A stretch of DNA of 64,000 bases, from positions 14,629 through 78,628 of the forward strand of contig NYZP01000019.1 in the NCBI GenBank assembly GCA_002687175.1, given 5' to 3'. The stretch comes from Parcubacteria group bacterium. GTDB taxonomy: Bacteria > Patescibacteriota > Patescibacteriia > Buchananbacterales > UBA6539. Positions 1 to 9,486 of the stretch are shown here, piece after piece. The notes beneath the pieces were generated by a model. That model did not search any database. It was not told where the DNA came from and saw only the letters and a list, made by a program, of their open reading frames with translations. Each line of letters begins with the position of its first letter. The first letter of the stretch is position 1. A program made the translations under genes and the position numbers.

Positions 1-330
1 AGCCGCTTGTAATAAAATCTGGGTTCCAGTGACATTAGTTTTAACAAATGCTCCAGCATCAGTAATGGAACGGTCAACGTGTGACTCTGCCGCAAAATGA
101 ACGATTAAATCACACTCACTGACTAACGTTCCAACCACATCAACATTAGTAATACCTCCAAGTACAAATTTGTAATTATTATTTTTTTCAATCTCTTTCA
201 GATTTTCTAGATTTCCGGCATAAGTTAATTTATCTAAATTAACAATCTCATCACCTGGATGAGTCTTTAGCCAATAGCGAATAAAATTTGAACCGATAAA
301 ACCGGCTCCACCGGTAACAAGTAACTTCAT
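1..330 (-). CDS. rfbB: dTDP-glucose 4,6-dehydratase (5' part; runs off the window)
   Basis: Manual translation from ATG at 330: MKLLVTGGAGFIGSNFIRYWLKTHPGDEIVNLDKLTYAGNLENL...HFAAESHVDRSI, the hallmark RmlB motifs. Not in the ORF track because it is truncated. Confidence 0.95.
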   Translation of the reverse strand, partial: MKLLVTGGAGFIGSNFIRYWLKTHPGDEIVNLDKLTYAGNLENLKEIEKNNNYKFVLGGITNVDVVGTLVSECDLIVHFAAESHVDRSITDAGAFVKTNVTGTQILLQAA

Positions 331-332
331 AA

Positions 333-746
333 TTAGAATGCTTCTTTAATTTTTTTTAAGTATTCCTCTCTTTCACCCTCTTTATACTCTTTTTGTTTTA
401 AAAATCTAAAGCCATCATTGGCTACTCTGGGTACAACGTGAAAGTGACTGTGCTCAACAGTTTGTAGGGCAACTGGATCATTGTTAACTACTACATTATA
501 ACCTTCATAGCCTAAATTGTCTTTAATAATTTTTCCAACCTTTTTAACCATTTTAATGATAGCAACTAAATCTTCTTCTGGTGTTTCTTCTAAATTAGCA
601 TAATGTTTTTTAGTGGTAATTAAAGTGTGACCAGGGTGAACTGGTAGTTGATCTAAAAATACTATCAGTTGATCATCTTCAAATATTTTAGCTTCGTCGA
701 TTGGAATACCACCATCGACAATTTTACAAAAAATACAGTCAGGCAT
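333..746 (-). CDS. HIT family nucleotide hydrolase
   Basis: MPDCIFCKIV N-terminus, HPGHTL and HSHFHVVPR (HxHxH) motifs. Start moved to the ATG at 746, just after the upstream gene's stop. Confidence 0.93.
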   Translation of the reverse strand: MPDCIFCKIVDGGIPIDEAKIFEDDQLIVFLDQLPVHPGHTLITTKKHYANLEETPEEDLVAIIKMVKKVGKIIKDNLGYEGYNVVVNNDPVALQTVEHSHFHVVPRVANDGFRFLKQKEYKEGEREEYLKKIKEAF

Positions 747-747
747 A

Positions 748-2439
748 CTACCTAGGTTCTTTAATCTTAAAAAAAACAAAATGCTCGTCTTCAAAAACTG
801 TAACAAAATATTGCTCATTTATCAAGTTTTTTGAAATTTTTATTTCTTCTTCACTGACTCCAGATGGGTAGTTATCTATACCAAAAATGACTGGGTAATA
901 TTCTTCAGCTTTAAAAAATAATAAGGCATCTACTTTGTCTATTGGAGAATTAATAAGTTTTTGATAAAAAGAATCGCTATCAACACTTGAAGCCAGCTCC
1001 GAAATAAATAAATGTCTTTCGGAAAAGTTAGCCGCGGGATGTGAAAAATGAATATTATAACTAATATAAAAATCAAGTGGTAAGTAAGCAGAAATTTGAG
1101 GAATACCGCTGGACAAAATAGTTAAATCTTGGATATTCTCAACATCTTTTAAATTATTAATTAAATTAACAAATTCCCCGCGTAAAGGTTGCTTCATTGT
1201 CACTAATTGTTTTTGAGTGTCTGGCTGATCCACAAAACTACCACCAAGCAGTTGATTGGCTAAAACCAACCAGCCTAAAATAAATAAACCAATTCTTATT
1301 TTTTCGCTTTTAATTTTTTCATTAATAAAAAAGCCGATGCCATAAGCTGCCGAAATTGTCAGAACCGCTCCACCTAAAAACAAAAACGGTTTTGCAGGTA
1401 GAAAAGTAACTTGCCAAAAAATTATGGTTAACAAATTAATAAACTGCCAAAGGTACATTGCTCCAAAAATCGTGGCTAGAGATTTAATAAAAGGTTTTGA
1501 CCAATAGAATATCATAGTCAATAAACCAACCAGAGATACTAAGCCAAAAATTGAAAACTCAAAGAATGGTAAATATAAATCTAAAAACTCAGGAATAAAA
1601 TAAGCTTGTGACCAATTCTCTGAACCAAAAGATATATACGAAGCAATCAGTGGCAGCAGAAATGGTGAAGAAACTATTATTGCTAAAATACCAACGATGG
1701 TTAATACGCTGAAATATCTCTTGGTGTTAACCTTACTAAAAAGTTTAAAAACCGTAAGAGCAATGGCAACTGGCAAAAACCAAAAATAGTAAGTCATAAA
1801 CAATAGGCCGCCAGTAAAACCATAAAAAATAACTTTTCCTAAATCAATTTTTTTATTTTCAAGGTCTGTCAATAAAAAAGCCGTCCAAAAAACTACCAAA
1901 ACGGCCGAGAGAAATTCATAAGGCTTTAAAATAATTGCCGTCCAATCCGCCACCACAAAAATTAAAGCCGAATTTAAAACTATTTGCCACTCGGCTAATT
2001 TTGTTTGCCAATGTGTTTTTTGCCAAACATAAACTATGAATGGTAGTAAAATTAAAACCAAGGTCACCCCTAATTGAGCAGCACTGATGCCATTAAGTTT
2101 AAACAAAAAAGCTAGTAAGCCAACTAGCCAAAAATAAAGTGGATGATAAAATGGCGGCAAGCTAGAGTAAAAAAAGTCAGAAAAGAATTGGCCGGCGGCC
2201 ATTTTTTGTAAAAAGGCAGTAACAAAAATTTCATCACCTTGTAATCCCCACCAAGTTAGCTGTGAACCGTAGATTAAAGCTAAATAAGTAGCCCCCAAAA
2301 AACCAGCTATTAAGCTGATAAACACAGTTGGCTTTTTTATTTTGAAATAAAATAATATTCCTAAACCAATAAACAAATAAAAAAGCAGTTTAACAGCTGC
2401 GATTTGCCATATTTCGCTACCAGTTAAAATCAGATCCAT
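748..2439 (-). CDS. aftA: AftA-like arabinofuranosyltransferase (GT-C fold, AftA_N plus AftA_C domains)
   Basis: GDEIF (catalytic Asp position), LPPFYHPLYFW, SQAYFIP...PFFEFSIFG, HFSHPAANFSER and DNYP occur in the same order as recalled M. tuberculosis AftA segments (VDQQF, LPPFYPPGWFW, AQHYLP...PMLQFSLLG, HYANPLAQFDKR, DVYP). Multi-TM N-part plus soluble C-domain. Confidence 0.8.
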   Translation of the reverse strand: MDLILTGSEIWQIAAVKLLFYLFIGLGILFYFKIKKPTVFISLIAGFLGATYLALIYGSQLTWWGLQGDEIFVTAFLQKMAAGQFFSDFFYSSLPPFYHPLYFWLVGLLAFLFKLNGISAAQLGVTLVLILLPFIVYVWQKTHWQTKLAEWQIVLNSALIFVVADWTAIILKPYEFLSAVLVVFWTAFLLTDLENKKIDLGKVIFYGFTGGLLFMTYYFWFLPVAIALTVFKLFSKVNTKRYFSVLTIVGILAIIVSSPFLLPLIASYISFGSENWSQAYFIPEFLDLYLPFFEFSIFGLVSLVGLLTMIFYWSKPFIKSLATIFGAMYLWQFINLLTIIFWQVTFLPAKPFLFLGGAVLTISAAYGIGFFINEKIKSEKIRIGLFILGWLVLANQLLGGSFVDQPDTQKQLVTMKQPLRGEFVNLINNLKDVENIQDLTILSSGIPQISAYLPLDFYISYNIHFSHPAANFSERHLFISELASSVDSDSFYQKLINSPIDKVDALLFFKAEEYYPVIFGIDNYPSGVSEEEIKISKNLINEQYFVTVFEDEHFVFFKIKEPR

Positions 2440-2471
2440 AGTAACTTAAATGATTGACTATTAATAATTAG

Positions 2472-2678
2472 CTATTTCTTGGTAATCAGTATTATAGCGC
2501 TAATTATAGCAATAATCAAGAGCCAGATCGGATTTAACCAATTGGTGACAAAGCCGGGCACCAGATAATCAATAGCTAATAAAACAGCAAAACCAATAAA
2601 GGTAAACCGAAAAACTAATTCCGCTAGGCCGTACCAGAATTTTTCTTCATACTGCAAAAAATCAAACTTCATTTTCAT
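2472..2678 (-). CDS. small membrane hypothetical protein
   Basis: 68 aa, two hydrophobic segments, ATGA overlap with the upstream gene. Confidence 0.7.
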   Translation of the reverse strand: MKMKFDFLQYEEKFWYGLAELVFRFTFIGFAVLLAIDYLVPGFVTNWLNPIWLLIIAIISAIILITKK

Positions 2679-3196
2679 TTTTTTAGAATTACTTTTAATT
2701 GCTTAATTTGTAACTCCCCTTCTTTATCAGTTAATGATGTTGGCTCGGTAGAAATTAAAAAACGATTAATATTTTTTGGAGAATAAACATCAGCTAAGGT
2801 AAAATAAAAAACTGCCTTTTGCCAACCATCTTCTTGGTCAGTATTAATGGTAGCGGTTTTAACGTCATAATTAAATCCCGGACCGGCTTGCCCGCCAACT
2901 CCAGCTAGGCTAAGACCCTCTTCCTTATAAATCAAATGAACTTGGGCTTCTTTAAACCAAGGCATTGCTCGCAAATCAAAATAGATTGGACTTTCCAAAA
3001 CAGTTTGATAACCTTCAACCAATTTAACTCTTGGTTCGGGTCCCAGTTTAGAAATCGCCGGTAAATCTTGGCCTAACTCTGACTCAATAATTAAAGCATC
3101 GTATGACGGAAAATTAATATTAACCAGCCATATTGCAAAACCAATTGTTATGGCGGCGAAAACTAAACTGATTCTTTTTAACCAAGTTTTTTTCAT
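2675..3196 (-). CDS. membrane-anchored hypothetical protein
   Basis: N-terminal TM/signal segment and beta-rich extracellular part; ATGA coupling on both sides. Confidence 0.75.
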   Translation of the reverse strand: MKKTWLKRISLVFAAITIGFAIWLVNINFPSYDALIIESELGQDLPAISKLGPEPRVKLVEGYQTVLESPIYFDLRAMPWFKEAQVHLIYKEEGLSLAGVGGQAGPGFNYDVKTATINTDQEDGWQKAVFYFTLADVYSPKNINRFLISTEPTSLTDKEGELQIKQLKVILKK

Positions 3197-4764
3197 TTGA
3201 TCTTATATAATAATTCTTGACCAACATTAGTAACTAATTCAAGTTGCAAACCACGTTCCAAATCTAAAGTCGACTCCGGAGCTAAAGCATAATAATAAAC
3301 TGGAACAGCTTCTAATAAGCCTGGTAATAAATCTATAAGTGAGTCATTACGTGATAAAGCTTCAAATGAATGAATTACTCTACGGTCTGGAAAAAAAAGT
3401 TTATCTTTACGAACAGTAACTATCACTGCTTCTGGTTCCGTTAATTCAATGACCTTTGAAGCATTTTCTTTATAAGAAACAATCCGATTGCGTACTGGCA
3501 AAATACTATCAGGTTTTTTCTGTAATACTAAGTTGGCAGAACTATAAAATAAAAAAACTAGCAATAGGAATAAAACGATATTACGAAAACGACGTTTTAC
3601 AAAATTAGTTAAAAAAATTAAACCAATAGCGACAAACGGCAAAGCCAGTAAATAAAGTGGTAGCCAGTATCTGACATACGAAAGTCCTAAAGTATTTAAA
3701 TGTACGGTCAGTAAATCAGTAAACAGCCAGCTACCGTAATAAATAATAAGCCAACCAAAAATAAATAGACTAATACCCATGTAACCAAAGATTTCAATTT
3801 TTTGTTTACCGGTTTGAGTTAAAAAAGCAACTAATCCCAGTATTGCTAAAAGTGACAGCCACCACAAATTTGATAAGTAGTGATTCCAAAAATTTAGAAC
3901 CGCAGTGGTCGGATGAAAGCCAAAAGGTAAAATTAATGATTTAGCAATTTGGCAACTGTGACAAATTGATTCTGACCCTGCGTCAAGCTGACTGTAACCA
4001 GAGGTTAGAAAATTACCATAAATACTTTTTTGTTGATAAATTGCTGGACTAAAAACTATGACAGCCACCGCTAAAAATAAAATTATTTTAGTAAAACTTA
4101 TTTTACTTCTTAAATATACAAAAATAGAAGCATAAGTAGCCATTAGCCAAATAATTTCTGCAGGCCTAATAGCTACAGCCAAACCAGTCAACAAACCAGA
4201 TATTAATATTTGCGATAAGCTTAATTTATTACCTCTAAATAAAAAATAAATTGCTACTAAAATTAATGAAACAAAGGCGACATTAGGTAACATTGAAGTA
4301 ACCGAATAGTACCACCAGGCCGGATGAGCCAGCATCAGAATAGCAGCTAAAAAAGCTATTTGATTATTAAAAATTCTTCTGATAATACCGTAAAATGCTA
4401 AAACTCCTAAAATTGAGAGAATCGGCGTAAAATAGATTATCGCTTTAGTGCTAAATATTTTTGCTAAAGTGCCATAAAATAAAATTAATCCTAAAAAACT
4501 ACCAGGCACTAAGGCGCCATCGTCACGGACATTAAAACTTCGGGGATGAATTTGATTCTTAGCAATTATATTTAATGGTTCATCAATGATTAGTTGACCA
4601 GTTTGGGCATAATTGACTGACCAAAAATAGTTAGTGGTCTCGTCAGGCCAATCAAAACGATGGCTAACATTAGCTTCGGTTCGTCCTGGTGTCACCAACC
4701 AAAAATAAACACCCCCCATCAAGATGCTTAGAAAAACTAAAATAAAAATCTGCTTTTTAACCAT
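3193..4764 (-). CDS. GT-C glycosyltransferase (PMT_2/ArnT-like)
   Basis: WPDE acidic motif after the first TM, about 12 TM helices, RP motif (AIRPAE), YVRYWLP. Confidence 0.8.
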   Translation of the reverse strand: MVKKQIFILVFLSILMGGVYFWLVTPGRTEANVSHRFDWPDETTNYFWSVNYAQTGQLIIDEPLNIIAKNQIHPRSFNVRDDGALVPGSFLGLILFYGTLAKIFSTKAIIYFTPILSILGVLAFYGIIRRIFNNQIAFLAAILMLAHPAWWYYSVTSMLPNVAFVSLILVAIYFLFRGNKLSLSQILISGLLTGLAVAIRPAEIIWLMATYASIFVYLRSKISFTKIILFLAVAVIVFSPAIYQQKSIYGNFLTSGYSQLDAGSESICHSCQIAKSLILPFGFHPTTAVLNFWNHYLSNLWWLSLLAILGLVAFLTQTGKQKIEIFGYMGISLFIFGWLIIYYGSWLFTDLLTVHLNTLGLSYVRYWLPLYLLALPFVAIGLIFLTNFVKRRFRNIVLFLLLVFLFYSSANLVLQKKPDSILPVRNRIVSYKENASKVIELTEPEAVIVTVRKDKLFFPDRRVIHSFEALSRNDSLIDLLPGLLEAVPVYYYALAPESTLDLERGLQLELVTNVGQELLYKIK

Positions 4765-4770
4765 GTTCTA

Positions 4771-4779
4771 ATTATAGCA
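4771..4779 (-). promoter_or_regulatory. extended -10 promoter (TGCTATAAT), probably giving a leaderless mRNA
   Basis: Minus-strand TG-C-TATAAT ends 6 nt before the ATG at 4764, and no SD is present. Confidence 0.55.
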
Positions 4780-4827
4780 AAAAAAGCTCTTTTTGTGATA
4801 GAATGAATGTATTAAAATAAAATTCCC

Positions 4828-6924
4828 ATGGAGGAAAAGATTACTAAAGTAAAATATTTATCTGTCACTTTAATATTAGGTTTAATAGTGACTTTTAATT
4901 TTTTAAGTTTGTACAATCAAACAATTGGCCTACTAGCGGGCCTGGCTTATATTATTTTTTACAGTTTTATTTTTGGCTCAATTTTTATTAGTCAAAAACC
5001 TTGGCAGTCACTATTTGGTCTGCTTTTTTTTATTTCCCTAGTATCAATCGTTAGTGCTTTGGCTATTTATTTCTACAAGTTTAATGACATGTTCTTCATA
5101 ATTTTAATTTGGATAATTCCCCTGTTTCTCATTAATCCTTATTATAAAATTAGACCCCAAGAAAAATTTTCCTTGCCCAAACTTTTAAAAAAATATTTAG
5201 AAAAAGTTAGGCATCGTAAAGAACATAAATTACATTTTCTGCTGGTTATTCTGTATCTGGTTCTAACTAGTCTGAATTTTATTTTATTATTCTATGGTCA
5301 AACCATAGAATCAATTCAAGCTCCCTGGCAAGTGGTTCCCAGTGTATTTTTATTAATATATTTCTTGGCCACTCTTTGTTTATTAATCTATGTGTTTAAT
5401 GCTAAAAGGACAAAATTGCCTTTAATCTTAATAAGCATCCACACTTTTTTAAGTAGCTCCATTGCTTTAATAGTATATAAAATTGGCTACGGTTTCGACC
5501 CCTTCATTCATCAAGCCACCGAAAAGATTATCAACCAAACTGGTTCAATTGACCCAACACCTCTTTATTACTTAGGACAATATGGGTTGGTAGTTTTTTT
5601 ACATAAATTAACTTTAATTGATTTAGTAATACTTGATCGGTTATTAGTACCAGTATTATTTTCTCTATTATTACCATCAATTACTTTTTATGTTTTTAGT
5701 AAATGGATTCCCAAAAATTATGCTTTGATTTTATCCTTAGTTACTTTGATTATCCCCTATTCAAGTTTCATCATGACTGCCCCCCAAAATTTGGCAAATC
5801 TTTTTTTTATCATTACTATTTTGCTTTCCCTGCTTTATTTTAGAAACCAACTACCGGTGTCAATTCTTTACTTATTAACTATTACCACTTTGGTGATTCA
5901 CCCCCTAGCCGGTATTCCATTACTGATCACGGTTTTGCTAATCAATCTATTTAAAATGATGTATTCCAGTTATATAAAATCAATGAGTCTTTATTTCTTT
6001 GCCTCGTTGGTCTTTGTTTTATTTTTACCATTAGCATTTATGATTAATGGTTCTAATCTAAAGTTATCTATGCCAATATTTTCCAAAGTTGATTTCCCTT
6101 TACCTGTTTGGCTGGACCGCTTTGATCTACCACTTAATTTAGTTTATTTAATCAACTTTAATCAGGCGATCTTCGCTGGGTTGATTATACTAATTGGCAT
6201 AGTTTATATTGCCAAAAATAATTTGTTAAAAAACAATGCCCCCTATCTAATGGCCGCCTTTATAATTTTTTCCAATTTTATTATTACCAAGTATTTTTTA
6301 ACCTTTCCGGACTTAAGAATTTTTGATCAAAACTCTTTTGTCAGTCGTTTATCTGTCCTGACTTTTTACACTTTGCTCCCCTTCTTTTTAATTGGGCTTT
6401 ACGTAACTATTAAAAATGTCTGGACAAAAGATATTTATTTAAAATCATTTTTGGTACTTACTCTGGCTGGCGGGCTGACAATCTCGCTCTATCTTTCCTA
6501 TCCTAGATTTAATCAATTTGAACCAGCTAAATTTTTCAGTTTATCACAACACGATATTAACGCGGTTAATTTAATTGAAAAAACTGCTTCACCTCAACAC
6601 ATTGTCTTGGCTAACCAAATGGTTGGTGTTGCTGCGATAAAAGAATTTGGTTTTAAACAATATTATGACAATCAATTCTTTTACTCAATGCCCATGGGTT
6701 CTCCTCGAACCTTTTATGATCATTTCTTAGCTATGACCCATGAAGGTGCAAAAAAACAGACTATGGAGTCTGTGATGGACGAAGCCGGAGTTGATGAAGC
6801 CTATTTTGTGTTAAACAGCTACTGGCGAGATTTTGATAAAATTGCAACACAGGCACGACAATCAGCGGAAACGGTTTATGATATTGATGAAGGTAAAATC
6901 TTGATTTTTAAGTATATTAGGTGA
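4828..6924 (+). CDS. large multi-TM protein, probable GT-C-type glycosyltransferase
   Basis: GYGFDPFIHQ (D-P-x-x-H) loop motif, IHPLAG, many TM helices, soluble C-terminal domain. Confidence 0.6.
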   Translation: MEEKITKVKYLSVTLILGLIVTFNFLSLYNQTIGLLAGLAYIIFYSFIFGSIFISQKPWQSLFGLLFFISLVSIVSALAIYFYKFNDMFFIILIWIIPLFLINPYYKIRPQEKFSLPKLLKKYLEKVRHRKEHKLHFLLVILYLVLTSLNFILLFYGQTIESIQAPWQVVPSVFLLIYFLATLCLLIYVFNAKRTKLPLILISIHTFLSSSIALIVYKIGYGFDPFIHQATEKIINQTGSIDPTPLYYLGQYGLVVFLHKLTLIDLVILDRLLVPVLFSLLLPSITFYVFSKWIPKNYALILSLVTLIIPYSSFIMTAPQNLANLFFIITILLSLLYFRNQLPVSILYLLTITTLVIHPLAGIPLLITVLLINLFKMMYSSYIKSMSLYFFASLVFVLFLPLAFMINGSNLKLSMPIFSKVDFPLPVWLDRFDLPLNLVYLINFNQAIFAGLIILIGIVYIAKNNLLKNNAPYLMAAFIIFSNFIITKYFLTFPDLRIFDQNSFVSRLSVLTFYTLLPFFLIGLYVTIKNVWTKDIYLKSFLVLTLAGGLTISLYLSYPRFNQFEPAKFFSLSQHDINAVNLIEKTASPQHIVLANQMVGVAAIKEFGFKQYYDNQFFYSMPMGSPRTFYDHFLAMTHEGAKKQTMESVMDEAGVDEAYFVLNSYWRDFDKIATQARQSAETVYDIDEGKILIFKYIR

Positions 6925-6929
6925 CTCTG

Positions 6930-7058
6930 TTTTCCTTCTGTCATTCTGAGACCTCCTCTATTGTCATCCTGAGCGAAGCGAAGGATCTCTGGTGTTAAGA
7001 CGTAAGTAATATCACCAGAGATTCTTCGGCCTTCGGCCTCAGAATGACAGGAGGAAAA
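6930..7058. repeat. REP-like (TGTC/CGTC-tagged) palindromic element
   Basis: TTTTCCTTCTGTCATTCTGAG (6930-6950) pairs with CTCAGAATGACAGGAGGAAAA (7038-7058) with one mismatch. Internal TGTCATCCTGAGCGAAGCGAAGG unit and ATCTCTGGTG/CACCAGAGAT stem. Lies between convergent genes. Confidence 0.8.
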
Positions 7059-7064
7059 AATGTT

Positions 7065-8237
7065 TTACACAAGCTTAGTGAGTTGTTTAATATAATTCGC
7101 CACCGAGAAGTTTCTGATGGACACAAAACAATTCTTGCGAAGCTTTTCAATATTTTCCGGATGATTTAAAAAGTGTTCCAATACTTCAATTAAAATTTTC
7201 TCATTACCGGGCACGAAAGTAAAACCATTATAATCGTCTTTTACAATCTCCGACACTCCCCCAATGTCCGCGGCAATCACTGGAACATTAGCCACCAAAC
7301 TTTCATCAATTACTTTAGGTGAATTTTCATAAACCAATGACGGCACTATCGTTAAATCCGTCTGACGATAATGCTCGGCCAACTTCGGCTGTTCAACATG
7401 GCCAATTAAATTAAACCGTTGATCATCTTTAATCGCTTGCTTAACATCTTTTTCCGCGCCACCAGAACCAATAATCTTCAACTGCCAATTAGTGGGGGTT
7501 ATTTTTTTAAGCGCTTCAATTAAAAATAAGATGCCTTTAAACTTTTCCAGCTGGCCAATAAACAGTAAATTAATTTTCCGGTTACCAATATCTTCTTGAT
7601 CTTCGCGTTTCTCTACTTGTTTAAATACCACTGGATTGGGCATGATTAGCTTTTTAGATTCATAAAAAAATCCTCGGGCTTGGTAATAACCTTGAAGCCA
7701 ACGCGATGGTGAAATTACAATATCGGGATTGCCAAACAACCGTTTAATGGTTTTCTCATAAACTTTGTCGATAATAAAGAAAGGTTTTTCCACTCCAAAG
7801 ATAATTAAACCAGATGGTCTTGATAACTGAACATCGTGAACCGTGTGAATGTGTTGAATTTTTAAACTCTTAATAGCCCTGGGTACCAAATAACCAATCC
7901 CTTTTAGATTATGGCTCATCACCACTTTTGGCTTTTCTTCCCGTAAAATCTTTTTAACTGAAAAATAAGAACTTAAATTAAAAACATCCAACGGATGCCA
8001 AAAAATACGTAACCAAATCGGCCGCTTGTTAATGTCTAAAAAAGAAAAAATATTAAGCGGCGTAATCCGGTGAATGGTTAGGTTGCCTTCCTTGCTAACT
8101 CCCTTTTTTCGGCCAACAGTAATTAACACCACTTCGTGCCCCAACTTCAAAAGCTCGTGGACAATAATTTCCACCACCACTTCCGCTCCCCCGCGAGTGT
8201 AAGGTTTATATAAGCTATGTATTAGACAGATTTTCAT
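7065..8237 (-). CDS. GT4 family glycosyltransferase
   Basis: MKICLI...GGAE N-terminus and ENSPKVIDE (EX7E) motif. Start set at MKIC (8237). Confidence 0.9.
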   Translation of the reverse strand: MKICLIHSLYKPYTRGGAEVVVEIIVHELLKLGHEVVLITVGRKKGVSKEGNLTIHRITPLNIFSFLDINKRPIWLRIFWHPLDVFNLSSYFSVKKILREEKPKVVMSHNLKGIGYLVPRAIKSLKIQHIHTVHDVQLSRPSGLIIFGVEKPFFIIDKVYEKTIKRLFGNPDIVISPSRWLQGYYQARGFFYESKKLIMPNPVVFKQVEKREDQEDIGNRKINLLFIGQLEKFKGILFLIEALKKITPTNWQLKIIGSGGAEKDVKQAIKDDQRFNLIGHVEQPKLAEHYRQTDLTIVPSLVYENSPKVIDESLVANVPVIAADIGGVSEIVKDDYNGFTFVPGNEKILIEVLEHFLNHPENIEKLRKNCFVSIRNFSVANYIKQLTKLV

Positions 8238-8250
8238 AAATAGTTTATAA

Positions 8251-8279
8251 ATAATATATACTTTAGCCAAAAAAGTCAA
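8251..8279 (-). promoter_or_regulatory. sigma70-type promoter for the GT4 gene
   Basis: TTGACT (8279-8274), N17, TATTAT (8256-8251). Confidence 0.5.
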
Positions 8280-8333
8280 TAAATTTTATATATCTACTAG
8301 TAATCAACTTAATTAATAATTAAACATAAAATT

Positions 8334-8594
8334 ATGTCCAAAGAACAAGGTCCATCTCCTGAAGAAATGGGTATAAAAAATGAAAATTCTGATGATGCAA
8401 AATTAAAAGAGTTTTGGGATCAGTATTCTACTGAAGAATTAAAAAGAGCAATTGAACCAGGTGATCCTATGGATGATATGTGGGGTATGACTCCAGATGC
8501 TGGTGAATTAGGTGAAGATTTCAATCCAACTAAAAGTAGTAAAGATGTTGTAAATAAAATTTTAGAAGAAAGAGGAGAAAATGTTGATAATTAA
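8334..8594 (+). CDS. small acidic hypothetical protein
   Basis: 86 aa open frame directly upstream of the methyltransferase; no family recognised. Confidence 0.65.
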   Translation: MSKEQGPSPEEMGIKNENSDDAKLKEFWDQYSTEELKRAIEPGDPMDDMWGMTPDAGELGEDFNPTKSSKDVVNKILEERGENVDN

Positions 8595-8602
8595 ATAAAA
8601 AA

Positions 8603-9451
8603 ATGGATCAAAAACAACAAGAACAATTAGAACAACAACGACAAACCTGGGATAAATTTTCCGCTGGTTGGAAAAAATGGGACGAGCTTTTAATGAGTAA
8701 AATGCGTCCGGTTAGTGAGGCCTTAATTGACTCTCTCACCATTAACGACAATGACTCTATCCTTGATGTTGCTTCCGGCACTGGCGAACCAGGTTTAACT
8801 TTAGCTAAAAAATTTCCTAATGCCCGAGTTACTGGCAGTGACTTGTCCGAACAAATGGTCAAGATTGCCAATGAACATGCCAAACAAAGAAATATTGCCA
8901 ATTACTTTAGTGTTCATGCTGATGCTTCTAACATGCCCTCTTTTGAAGATAACCAGTTTGACGGTTTGATTTGTCGCTTTGGTATCATGTTTATGCCCGA
9001 CCTGGACGGTTCGCTAAAAGAAATGGTTAGAGTGGTTAAACTAGGAGCTACCTTTTCCGTCGCTGTTTGGGCGGCACCACAATTTAATGATTTGTTGACC
9101 ACTATTGGTAAAATTGTTAGACATCAATTAAATATACCGGAACCTCCAGTAGACGTACCTGGTATATTTCGCTGTGCTCAAGAAGGTTTTACTTCAGGTA
9201 AGCTGGAGACGGCCGGACTTAATGAAGTTAAAGAATTTGAAATTGAAGGCGTTTCTGATTTTGATTCGCCAGAACATTACTGGGAAGTGATGTCCGACAT
9301 TGCCGGACCAATCATGGATGCCTTGAAAAAAGCCGATGAAGAAACTCAACAAGTAGTTAAAAAAGCAGTTTTGGAAGCAGCCGAAAAATTTGTGGTTGAC
9401 GGCAAGGTAAAATTAAACTGGAAAGCAATTATTGCCACCGGAATTAAATAA
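8603..9451 (+). CDS. class I SAM-dependent methyltransferase (UbiE-like)
   Basis: ILDVASGTGEP motif I, DLSEQM, FDGLICRFGIMF. Confidence 0.9.
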   Translation: MDQKQQEQLEQQRQTWDKFSAGWKKWDELLMSKMRPVSEALIDSLTINDNDSILDVASGTGEPGLTLAKKFPNARVTGSDLSEQMVKIANEHAKQRNIANYFSVHADASNMPSFEDNQFDGLICRFGIMFMPDLDGSLKEMVRVVKLGATFSVAVWAAPQFNDLLTTIGKIVRHQLNIPEPPVDVPGIFRCAQEGFTSGKLETAGLNEVKEFEIEGVSDFDSPEHYWEVMSDIAGPIMDALKKADEETQQVVKKAVLEAAEKFVVDGKVKLNWKAIIATGIK

Positions 9452-9486
9452 AAGAAAAAGGGTAAGTACTCTAAGAGCACTTACCC
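9452..9486 (-). terminator. intrinsic terminator of the minus-strand ncRNA
   Basis: GGGUAAGUGCUC-UUA-GAGUACUUACCC followed by UUUUUCUUU. The G-U wobble and U tail exist only on the minus strand. Confidence 0.85.
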
